NCBI GenBank assembly: GCA_020348925.1
Contig: CP070758.1
Location: 1,834,030-1,898,029 of the forward strand
Source of the DNA: Gemmatimonadota bacterium
GTDB taxonomy: Bacteria > JBHIER01 > G020348925
Length of the DNA stretch: 64,000 bases
Reading direction: 5' to 3'
Shown: positions 46,329-55,497 of the stretch, in pieces
How positions within the stretch are numbered: the first letter of the stretch is position 1
Layout: each line of letters opens with the position of its first letter
Notes under the pieces: generated by a model
Database searches by the model: none
What the model was told of the DNA's origin: nothing
The model's input: the letters and a program-made list of their open reading frames with translations, nothing else
Translations under genes and position numbers: made by a program

Positions 46329-47477
46329 ATGGAAAAATACATCATTTTTGGTAGTCCTCACATTGAGGAGCAAGACATTCGAGAAGTTGTTGACTCGCTG
46401 CATTCGGGGTGGCTCTCCACCGGACCGAAAGTAGCGAAGTTCGAGAAAATGTTTGCGGACTATATCGGTGCGTCCCATGCCTGCGCTTTGGGTTCATGCA
46501 CCGCCGGTCTGCATCTGGCCCTGCTCGTCGTGGGAGTGAAGCCTGGAGATGAAATCATAACATCCCCGATGACCTTTGCTGCGACGGCCAATGTCATCGA
46601 ACACCTCGGTGCACAGCCTGTATTTATTGATATCGAGCGGGATTCTATGAACATTGATGTGAGTCAGATATCATCAAAGGTCACCAAAAGAACGAAGGCC
46701 ATTCTCCCCGTTCACTTTGCCGGAAGGCCGTGCGACATGGAAGCCGTAATCGAATTGGCGAAGAAGCATGATCTGCACGTGATCGAAGATGCTGCCCATT
46801 GTACAGAGGGAGAGTACCGAGGGCGAAAAATAGGGACAATCGGGGATCTGACCGCATTCAGTTTTTATGCTACGAAGAGCCTGAGCACCGGTGAGGGTGG
46901 CATGGTGACGACCCACAATGAACACTGGGCCGAAAAGATTAAAGTCTTAAGCTCCCATGGTCTGAGCAGAGATGCCTGGAAACGGTATTCTTCTGAAGGG
47001 AATTCGCATTACCAGGTCGTCGTACCGGGATATCCGTATAACATGATGGACCTTCAGGCGGCCATTGGAATACACCAACTGCTGCGACTCTCGAAATCTC
47101 TGCAGCGGCGTGATGAAATCTGGCGGATGTACGATGAAGCATTCGAGGATCTTCCGGTTGAAACGCCTGCCTCGGCTGAAACCGGGACAGTCCACGCCAG
47201 ACATCTCTATACGGTGCTGGTCGATTCCGAAAATGCCGGCAGATCGCGCGACGGCGTGCGTCGAATATTATACGAGCAAAAAGTCGGCAGCGGGGTCCAT
47301 TTCATATCACTGCACATGCATCCGTACTACGCCAACAAATACGGATATGCTCCCGAGGATTTCCCGAATGCGATGTACGTTTCGGAGCGCACAATGTCAC
47401 TGCCCTTGTCGTCGAAGCTGAGCGATGACGACGTTGCCCGGGTCATCGTGGCGGTCAAGAAGGCTCTGAGAAAATGA
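46329..47477 (+). CDS. DegT/DnrJ/EryC1/StrS family PLP-dependent (sugar) aminotransferase
   Basis: SGWLSTGPKV, SCTAGLHLAL, TFAATAN, VIEDAAH, SFYATKSLSTGEGG (PLP Lys). Confidence 0.93.
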   Translation: MEKYIIFGSPHIEEQDIREVVDSLHSGWLSTGPKVAKFEKMFADYIGASHACALGSCTAGLHLALLVVGVKPGDEIITSPMTFAATANVIEHLGAQPVFIDIERDSMNIDVSQISSKVTKRTKAILPVHFAGRPCDMEAVIELAKKHDLHVIEDAAHCTEGEYRGRKIGTIGDLTAFSFYATKSLSTGEGGMVTTHNEHWAEKIKVLSSHGLSRDAWKRYSSEGNSHYQVVVPGYPYNMMDLQAAIGIHQLLRLSKSLQRRDEIWRMYDEAFEDLPVETPASAETGTVHARHLYTVLVDSENAGRSRDGVRRILYEQKVGSGVHFISLHMHPYYANKYGYAPEDFPNAMYVSERTMSLPLSSKLSDDDVARVIVAVKKALRK

Positions 47478-48250
47478 TGAGTAACACAGAAGGCACCACG
47501 ACACCATCGCTAGTTACGTCGAACTCCGCTCCTGAGAGGCTCACAATAAATTCCAGCCAAGTGCATGTATGGTGTGCCGATCTGAATATACATTCAGATC
47601 GATTGCACAAGTATTATCACACACTTTCTGCCGACGAACGGGATCGAAGCGCGCGGTTCAAATTTCAAAAAGATCGTGACGGTTATATTGCCGCGCACGG
47701 TATACTTCGAGCCGTTTTAAGTCGATACGTGAATACAAAACCGTGTCAACTTCGTTTTTATGCGAACAATTTTGGCAAACCGTCACTGGACACATCGACC
47801 GGACCAGGGATGCCCCGTTTCAATATGGCGCACTCGAGTGGATTGGCCCTCTTCTGCATCTCCCGGGATCGTGAAGTAGGCATTGACCTCGAAACTATTC
47901 GTCCCCTTGATGAGATAAAGGAGATTGCCGCACAATCGTTCTCCCCGAAGGAGGTCGAGACGCTTCTGGCGCTCCCCGATAAGGAACAGGTTGAAGCCTT
48001 TTATACATGCTGGACCCGAAAGGAGGCGTATGTCAAGGCCAGAGGGATGGGATTGTCTCTGCCTCTCGATCGGTTTGACGTCTCTCTTTCGCCGGACGAA
48101 CCGGCCAGACTGTTGGCGTCCAGAGAAGATCCGCAGGAAACATTTCGATGGACCCTGATGGGATTCAACCCTCGTCCAAACTTTGTGGCAGCCCTTGCTG
48201 TAGCGGGCCATGGCTGGCAAGTGAAATTCTGGCACTGGTCTGATGAGTAG
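47474..48250 (+). CDS. Sfp-type 4'-phosphopantetheinyl transferase
   Basis: FGKP, FNMAHS, VGIDLE, WTRKEAYVKARG. Confidence 0.93.
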   Translation: MMSNTEGTTTPSLVTSNSAPERLTINSSQVHVWCADLNIHSDRLHKYYHTLSADERDRSARFKFQKDRDGYIAAHGILRAVLSRYVNTKPCQLRFYANNFGKPSLDTSTGPGMPRFNMAHSSGLALFCISRDREVGIDLETIRPLDEIKEIAAQSFSPKEVETLLALPDKEQVEAFYTCWTRKEAYVKARGMGLSLPLDRFDVSLSPDEPARLLASREDPQETFRWTLMGFNPRPNFVAALAVAGHGWQVKFWHWSDE

Positions 48251-48311
48251 AAGAGGTATGATGCATATCCTTTAGGTGAGGATGTGTAAGAATTCGGATC
48301 GAAGAAAATCC

Positions 48312-48340
48312 TTGACATCACCTCAAGAAGTCGCTATTCT
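48312..48340 (+). promoter_or_regulatory. Putative sigma-70 promoter
   Basis: TTGACA (48312-48317), 17 nt spacer, TATTCT (48335-48340). Confidence 0.5.
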
Positions 48341-49007
48341 TCGACTGTTGTAAACACATGAGAACCCGGATTGAAACTGAAGACATTCCTTTATTGAAAA
48401 ATGTCACGAACCCATCTTTCTCGAAGGAGAGACCGTTTTGCCTTGTGTAAGGAATAATAATCCTTACCTTACAAAATTCCGCAATGTCTCGTGTGAAAAA
48501 TAGCATAATCTTACAGACTGGTGAAAATCCCCGATCGCAAAGGATATATATTCTGCGTGGGAGATGGGAAAGGACACGAGTCCCAGCCAAAAGGTCACAG
48601 CCTATCACAATCCGAAGAGATGATCGCAGGGTTAAGAGTGGAAGCGTATTGAAGAGTAAGACATGATAAATATCCCGATGTAACTTTCTCCCCGCATACG
48701 GTACTCCGCGATCAAGACGGAAAGTAAAGAGAGTTGGGAACTATGAAGGGTTTTGATTTTTGGATTCCTCCCCTCAAGTGGGGAAATGACATTGTGGAAT
48801 TGAGAGGTCATTGTGTCAACACAATTCTTGATCAACGCATTCGGAATTTCTGAGTATAGTGAGACTATTTATTTCTTTGAAATCATGCAGTTCGGTTAAA
48901 GTGGGAGGCAAAAACGAAGTTTCGCAACCGGTCTCCCAGAACTCGGATTTGGAATTGAGGTGAAATCGGAACACACTGTAACACTTTAAAAACAGGAGGA
49001 GTGGAAC

Positions 49008-51170
49008 ATGGTACGCACAATCCTTTTTTCTGCTTTGGTGTGTATGATCCTGGCTGGGCTCGCTTCAGCACAGATCCCGCAAACCATGAGCTATCAGGGT
49101 ATGCTCAAAGATGATGCCGGCAATCCTGTGGCGGATGGTACAGAGACCATGACTTTCAAGCTCTACGATGCGGAGGAGGAAGGCACAGCCCTCTGGCAAG
49201 AAATCCGGGAGGTCGAGATAACGGATGGTCTCTTTCATGTGATTCTTGGTGAAGAAAATCCCTTGAGCCTGCCCTTTGACAAGCCCTATTGGCTGGGCAT
49301 AACAGTCGGAACGGAAGAGGAACTCGCGCCCCGTTACGCTCTGACTTCATCCCCCTATAGTTTAAATGCAGTGTCGACCATTGTCGAACCGGAGGCTGGC
49401 CAGAGTCTCGCTATTCGTAATGAAGAGGGTGAGCAGACACATATTCTGAGCCAGGATGGAAATGTGGTTCACAAGGGAAGAGGAACATTCGAAGGGGGAC
49501 TGGAGGTGATAATGGGAGACACCACAGAAATATCCCCCTCAGTCAAGCCTGAACGTAAAGAAAAAATTGACTCAGATACTGCAATAACTGTTCTCATTAA
49601 TGAAGGGGCGGGGGTATATGCTTCGAATAATGATCCTACTCTTCCTGCAATATTTGGTTATAATATTTCAGAAACAGGAACTGCAGTTGGCATTAAAGGT
49701 TTGACATCCCGCGGGACAGGTGTTTTGGGTTCTTCTGATTACGGTACCGGTGTAAAGGCTGAAGGCGACATTGGCTTACTCGCCCGTGGCACTGGATATG
49801 CTGCTCGTTTTGATGGTGATGTGTCTCTAGACTACTCAGGCAAATTGAGAATAGATAACGTAACGAATGATCCGCAGGCGGAAAAGATCCTCGTCTGGTC
49901 AGATGATAAGTTTGTGAGGTACCGAGCTCTGCCCTCAGATACTGGGGATGGCCACGAGTGCGGCTGGGATTTTGACGAGGAAAGTGGTATTATATCCACC
50001 GATCATGAGGTCATTTTAAAAAATGAACAGGGAGAGGTCACCGCCCATTTCAATACCGATGTCGATGAACACCTCATTAGAGGACGTTTGGAAGTAGATG
50101 ATTGGCTCATCATCGAAAATGATGAAAGTAAAGGTGGCATCACCATGGACCCAGAGGAATTTATACTTTTCGATTCGGAGGGAGTGGGTGCGTATGTTTT
50201 TAACGAAGATTCATCCGACCACTTCAAGCCCGCGTACTATTACGAGGACGTCATTTTAAAGGGACAGGACGGCAAAGGCATCAAACTGGTCAATGACAAT
50301 GATGAAACCATCGCCGGATTCGGCAGAAAGGACCTGGATACAGGACAAATACTTGCAGTCTATGGTACAGCGGAAACGGAAAACGATCTGGCGGGAAGAT
50401 TTGACGGTGATGTGAAAGTGAACGGTGAAATCTACGCCAGCAGTTTGCATATTGTCACCGAGCAGGGTGATACACTTACGGATTTCAATAGAGATGGAAC
50501 GTCAACCCACAGAGGTCTGGAGAAGTTTGAGGAAGGTCTTATAGTGCCTATTAAGGAAGCTGACAAAGCGATTGTGCTCTATCCTGACTTAGGTATTGCG
50601 ATTATGGGCTTCCCTGGTGGGGAGTTTTACTTCCATGCCGATCCCGAGGGAAATGCCATAGTCAAGGAACATCTGTTTGTCAAGAATTGTACGGTGTCCG
50701 ACGTTCTCCAAGTTCAGGGTACCCTCAGCAAACCTGCCGGTTCATTCAAAATCGACCATCCGTTGGATCCTGAAGGTAAGTTTCTGTATCATTCATTTGT
50801 AGAGAGTCCGGACATGATGAACATATACAATGGCAATGTGGTTCTCGATGAAGCCGGTCAAGCCTGGGTGGAGCTGCCGCAATGGTTTGATGCCCTAAAC
50901 AGGGATTTCCGCTACCAGCTTGCTCCTATTGGAGCACCAGGACCAAACCTCTATATCTCAGAAGAAATTCATAATAACCGCTTCAAAATTGCAGGTGGAA
51001 GCCCAGGGATGAAAGTCTCATGGCAGGTGACGGGAATTCGTCAGGATGCCTACGCAGAAGCCAACCGTATTCAGGTCGAAGAGGACAAACCCCCGGAGCA
51101 GAGAGGCACCTACCTCCACCCGGAGTGTTTTGGCAAGTCCGAGTCGTATCGTCTGAGTTCTCAAAAATGA
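49008..51170 (+). CDS. Secreted acidic beta-rich protein with internal repeats and a conserved C-terminal 'FKIDHPLDP' domain (fibre/adhesin-like)
   Basis: GGAGGAG RBS, signal peptide, AQIPQTMSYQGML N-domain; C-terminal GSFKIDHPLDP...LYHSFVESPDMMNIYNG...YQL...VSWQVTG. Confidence 0.78.
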   Translation: MVRTILFSALVCMILAGLASAQIPQTMSYQGMLKDDAGNPVADGTETMTFKLYDAEEEGTALWQEIREVEITDGLFHVILGEENPLSLPFDKPYWLGITVGTEEELAPRYALTSSPYSLNAVSTIVEPEAGQSLAIRNEEGEQTHILSQDGNVVHKGRGTFEGGLEVIMGDTTEISPSVKPERKEKIDSDTAITVLINEGAGVYASNNDPTLPAIFGYNISETGTAVGIKGLTSRGTGVLGSSDYGTGVKAEGDIGLLARGTGYAARFDGDVSLDYSGKLRIDNVTNDPQAEKILVWSDDKFVRYRALPSDTGDGHECGWDFDEESGIISTDHEVILKNEQGEVTAHFNTDVDEHLIRGRLEVDDWLIIENDESKGGITMDPEEFILFDSEGVGAYVFNEDSSDHFKPAYYYEDVILKGQDGKGIKLVNDNDETIAGFGRKDLDTGQILAVYGTAETENDLAGRFDGDVKVNGEIYASSLHIVTEQGDTLTDFNRDGTSTHRGLEKFEEGLIVPIKEADKAIVLYPDLGIAIMGFPGGEFYFHADPEGNAIVKEHLFVKNCTVSDVLQVQGTLSKPAGSFKIDHPLDPEGKFLYHSFVESPDMMNIYNGNVVLDEAGQAWVELPQWFDALNRDFRYQLAPIGAPGPNLYISEEIHNNRFKIAGGSPGMKVSWQVTGIRQDAYAEANRIQVEEDKPPEQRGTYLHPECFGKSESYRLSSQK

Positions 51171-51564
51171 ACACGCCCAGCTCGGCGCTTGGGGTGAGGA
51201 ATTTCAGTAATCCTGGGAACATTCATGTTTCAAAGCTGAAGTTTCAAGATGTCGGTTATTTTTGATATTGAACAGTTTGGTGGGCAGAAGGTGCTCGAAA
51301 CCAAGTTTTGCTGCGCGAAAATGTAAAATAGTAATCATAATTTCCAGAATGGATTCAATATTTCTGGGGAAATTCCTCCTTTTTTCCATTCAAGCTTCCG
51401 AGTTTCTCCCTACTTTTCAAATATACGGCTTGATCAATCTTGAGTGCCGACGTCTTCAAATATGGTTTTGATCAAGTTCTCGATGACCTGTCGAATCTAT
51501 TTTTGAGAGTCATTTCATATTTTCCTACTAATCATCCTCAAATCCAAGAGTCATAAAATATTTT

Positions 51565-51578
51565 TTGACTTAAGTCAA
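51565..51578. promoter_or_regulatory. Perfect palindrome, possible Crp/Fnr-family operator
   Basis: TTGACTTAAGTCAA; same pattern as the site upstream of hcp. Confidence 0.4.
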
Positions 51579-52104
51579 TGAATTATACTTCCAGTCTCTG
51601 CATTTTTGAATATGTTTTATTGGGAAGTACACAAAAAGATTTTTGACTAGAAATGTTGGATAGAAGTAACGATAATCTTTTCATAGTCTTCACCTAAGAA
51701 AGGAGGTGATTGTAGGAGTTTCGGATTTTTTATGTATATGGCCGAAAGAGGGATGATATTCCTTGATCTGTTATGTCGCTTTTTATGGAGCACAGACGTC
51801 AATGGTCTTCAACTGGACTATGATAAGTTTAAGACGAGGCTTTAAAGGCTTGTGAACAGGTGCGTCAAATGCAGAAAGACAATGAATAACCACCTCCATC
51901 AAAGTATTCCAAACTAAGCTGAATCTTTGAAGCTTAAAAGAGATGAACTACTTTTGTGTTTAGGTAAAAAGGAAAAGATGAGTTTTCCTGGCAATTGCAT
52001 TGAGAGCGATAACTGGCAATAAGCAGAACGAACTGCCAATCGCTTCTCGTGCGTTAGGTTCATTAGTTAAATTCACCTTAATCCTTCTTCAAAGGAGTAA
52101 GAAA

Positions 52105-52410
52105 ATGCGCATGCTTTTACACGTTAGAATTCCTCACGAACCGTTCAACACTGCCGTCAAGGAAGGTACTGTGGGACAAAAGATGCAACGTATTTTAAAC
52201 GACACGAAACCAGAAGCAGTTTACTTCACTGAACACGAGGGTCACCGTGGAGCGATCATGATTATCAACCTCGATGATCCATCGCAGGTTCCAGTTTTTG
52301 CGGAACCCTGGTTTCTTCAGTTCAACGCTGATGTTGAATTTCGCATTGCCATGACACCGGAGGATTTAGGGCAAGCCGGACTTGAGGAACTTGGAAAAAA
52401 GTGGTCCTAA
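52105..52410 (+). CDS. Conserved small hypothetical protein (101 aa)
   Basis: AAGGAG RBS; KPEAVYFTE, AEPWFLQFNADVEF...MTPEDL motifs of a widespread small family. Confidence 0.75.
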   Translation: MRMLLHVRIPHEPFNTAVKEGTVGQKMQRILNDTKPEAVYFTEHEGHRGAIMIINLDDPSQVPVFAEPWFLQFNADVEFRIAMTPEDLGQAGLEELGKKWS

Positions 52411-52546
52411 AGTTGGAAACCTATTCCAGTGGCCCTGTTCCGTCGCAAATAATGAACAGGACGATTGATGATGGTTGGAGGATAGACGATTATCCCCAGC
52501 AGTTTTCTCAATTCCATTTTTAACTCGAAGAAAAGGAGTGATACAA

Positions 52547-53053
52547 ATGAAACGGCAATTAAAAACTTCACTCAACAGTCTATTTCTTTTAGCCTGTGTG
52601 ATACTTCTCACTGGTGTCTATGTTTACGGAGAAGAGTATGAAATTCTAAAAGGAATGGATTCTGCCCGAGCGATATTTGACATGAGGTCAGGGGATCCCA
52701 AAAGTGCTGCCGTGCTACTTGGTATGATACAGCAGACGTTTCAAGATGAGAACTTGAGAACAGCAGCAGAGAAACCTGAATTCGTAGTCGTCTTTATCGG
52801 TCCGTCGGTCAAGCTTATCTCAACCAATACAGAAGGCTTTTCTTCTGATGATAAAGAGAAAATAAGAGTAATTGCAAATACCATATCAGAAATGTCAAAA
52901 GCTGGTATCAGATTAGAAATATGCCTCGCAGCAGCTCACCTGTTTGGTGTGGATCCCGCAACAGTATTGCCAGAAATCAAACAGGTTCGCAATGGTTGGG
53001 TAACCTTAATTGGACACCAGGCGAAAGGTTACGCTTTAGTCCCTGTTTATTAA
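52547..53053 (+). CDS. Exported DsrE/DsrF-like protein
   Basis: AAGGAG RBS, signal peptide, VVVFIGPSVKL, GIRLEICLAA, HQAKGYALVP. Confidence 0.78.
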   Translation: MKRQLKTSLNSLFLLACVILLTGVYVYGEEYEILKGMDSARAIFDMRSGDPKSAAVLLGMIQQTFQDENLRTAAEKPEFVVVFIGPSVKLISTNTEGFSSDDKEKIRVIANTISEMSKAGIRLEICLAAAHLFGVDPATVLPEIKQVRNGWVTLIGHQAKGYALVPVY

Positions 53054-53095
53054 TCCTCAGTATGCGACTCTATTCAGTGAAGTCGGTGGAAACAG

Positions 53096-53128
53096 AAAAG
53101 CCCGGGTTGATCATTCCCGGGTTTTTTT
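53096..53128 (+). terminator. Rho-independent terminator
   Basis: AAAAGCCCGGG-ttgatcatt-CCCGGG followed by a T7 tract, 43 nt after the DsrE stop. Confidence 0.8.
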
Positions 53129-53625
53129 GTTTGATTTCTGTGACGCTCTGAAAGTAATGTTATCAAGATAACACTCATTTTTCAGCCCACCACAGATAGT
53201 ATATGTTTCTGTCAAAAGTGATAGAATTCAACCATAAATAGCCACTCCCATCAAAATTCAATATGGAGGATTATAAAGAAAATCTCCCTGTTATTCAATT
53301 GTAATATTTCAAAATACAAATTCGCTTCTCATTGGATTAACAAACACTCTCTTCCCTTTATTAGCTTTTCCCATTGCCTGCTAAAAAGAAACTGTATAAA
53401 TTAAGATAATTTACTTTATTTCTTGATCTATTAAAGGAATTTATTTACATTCAAATGTAATATTGAAACTGAGTATTATACGAAGATTAATCGTCATCCA
53501 CAAGTTTAATATTTGTGATAACTAACTAATATTGTGAACGTTGTAACAGTTCTGTCAATGCAACTATCCATACAACATCCGTGTAATGTAATATACAACC
53601 TTGTTTTCCAAAACGGAAGAAAGCT

Positions 53626-54642
53626 ATGAGAATTACCATTGTCTTGTGTTTCTTTATTTTATTTTTACAGCTGAATTACTGCAAAGCGCAGGAGAACGAC
53701 ACAGCTCAGATCCAGAATAATGCGAGCGCTGCAAAAAAGGCTTTCGATCAGATTCTGTCGTTGTATACAGAATACGACATAGTTCACATTGGGGAACGGC
53801 ACTGGAATCTGACCGACTACAATTTCCGTGTCGCATTGATCGGATATCCTAGATTCGCTGAGGTTGTCAATGATATTGTCATTGAAAGCGGAAATTATTT
53901 GTATCAGAAAATGCTTGACGAATATATCTTGGAGTTACGTGATGTTCTTGATGAGGAGCTGTGCAAGGTCTGGCGTAACACGGTTGTGACGAGTGGTGTG
54001 TGGGATGCACCGATCTACAAAGAGTTTGTTCTAGCTGTGAGAAAAGTGAATGAGAAACTTCCCCGCAAGAAACGTCTTCGCCTCATAGCGGCTGAACCTC
54101 CCATAGATTGGTCCAAGGTGAATACGTGGGAGGAGATGGCTCCTTTTTTTGGTGCTCGCAGTATACATACCCCTGAGATCATCAAATCAGAGGTGTTGAA
54201 TAAGGGAAGGAAAGCGCTTATTATTTATGGAGGTGCGCATTTTTATCCATCCAGCAATGATTTCGCCGGGTGCGGGAGACTTCGCACCTATCTCGAAAAT
54301 ATTATACAGGATAAGGTGTTCTCTATTCTTCCATTAAGCGGTGAAGATATATTTTCCATAAATTTTCACAGACAGATCGGTGTGGATCAATTTCCTTTCT
54401 TCCTCCGCGTTGATGAATCAAAACTGGCTTCCTTTCCAGGGAAGTTGTTTTTCGTAGAGGCGTACGGAACGTTGAGTGAATTCACGGATGGTGTCCTCTA
54501 TTTTGGCCCATATCCTGACAAATATGCTGAATACGATTCGGTGGCAACCAATGATTCAACTTACCAGGAGGAACTCGAACGTCGAAAAAGCATTATGGAA
54601 AATGTCACCCCAAATTGCGTAGAGCCGAAAACGTCTCATTAA
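53626..54642 (+). CDS. Secreted hypothetical protein, EreA/ChaN/TIKI-superfamily-like
   Basis: Signal peptide; VHIGERHW, IVIESG and IIYGGAHF match the GExH / E / GxxH pattern. Confidence 0.65.
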   Translation: MRITIVLCFFILFLQLNYCKAQENDTAQIQNNASAAKKAFDQILSLYTEYDIVHIGERHWNLTDYNFRVALIGYPRFAEVVNDIVIESGNYLYQKMLDEYILELRDVLDEELCKVWRNTVVTSGVWDAPIYKEFVLAVRKVNEKLPRKKRLRLIAAEPPIDWSKVNTWEEMAPFFGARSIHTPEIIKSEVLNKGRKALIIYGGAHFYPSSNDFAGCGRLRTYLENIIQDKVFSILPLSGEDIFSINFHRQIGVDQFPFFLRVDESKLASFPGKLFFVEAYGTLSEFTDGVLYFGPYPDKYAEYDSVATNDSTYQEELERRKSIMENVTPNCVEPKTSH

Positions 54643-55157
54643 GGGTGGGGGACGTGACGGTTGATGAAGAACAAAATACAGGCTTTTATGCGGTCATATT
54701 GGATAACTCTGATGCATCCAGCGTAGTAAACTACTACCGGATTGAGATGAACAATTGTATTACAATGAAGCGGATAAAGCGAATGAAATGATTTGTGAGA
54801 TTCTTGAAAGCATCATTCAATTCTGAATGATATTAGAAAGTACTATTTCTCTTTGAAAATACAGTGTATGGAAATCCCGAAAAATTGCCGCTGGAGGTGG
54901 TTGGAATCGTTGCACTCCGGGCTATGAGACTTCATAGGAACTCAGCAATCTTTCTTCTTTCCCAATGAGAATATCCCACTACCGGATCGACCCCTGCTCC
55001 TACCCTTTCCCAGGACGGATATGAATCTTTCTACAATCTATAAGTCTCTGAAATTATTGTACAAAACTATAAAGATACGTCCCCTTACGAGGAAATACAT
55101 TTGAAGATGATTCATCGAAATAGAAAGGGAGAGATCTTCCTGTGTACAGAAAATCTC

Positions 55158-55186
55158 TTGACTTTGTACGACGAATATCTTAAACT
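55158..55186 (+). promoter_or_regulatory. Putative sigma-70 promoter for the sensor/STAS operon
   Basis: TTGACT, 17 nt spacer, TAAACT. Confidence 0.45.
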
Positions 55187-55497
55187 TTCAGACTCTTTTC
55201 GAGAGAGAGGAGGAATTTTTCAACGAGAAGGATACGTCGAGCTGAACGTACCCTGCGTTCGAATTGTACTGCATCGGGGGTGATGGATGTTCAAAGCATC
55301 CTGCAAATGAAACGTTATGTTCTCTTGAAGGGGTACGTGTTCGTGAGAAGAAAGACTAAAGTCAGCCAGACAATTGATAATACTCAGCAGAGTCCTTCTT
55401 TTGGGATGGAGAATATTGAAATTTCGAAGACAATGAATTGGAGATTTTTTCGATGATAAAAGTGTATGGGGGGATGTTGAATTTCCTGAAATTCGAA

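Larger units (their letters stand above)
2406..48250 (+). other. NRPS biosynthetic gene cluster: 10 single-module NRPS/ligase-carrier proteins, MbtH, PPTase, transport and glycosylation genes
   Basis: All genes are on the + strand, with many ATGA/TTGA stop-start overlaps (7697, 13561, 24083, 31634, 34948, 43513, 47474). There are ten GG(H/N)S carrier motifs, and the run ends with an Sfp-type PPTase. Confidence 0.93.

Noticed and set aside
2406-48250. Calling the cluster a classical siderophore pathway or naming a product
   Set aside because: No known chelator-biosynthesis genes; A-domain codes are by-eye and mostly unmatched
53445-53460. TTACAT-TCAA-ATGTAA palindrome (and TGTGAG-N10-CTCACA at 27488-27509) as operators
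   Set aside because: Short single occurrences in AT-rich or intergenic DNA with no cognate regulator nearby; could be chance
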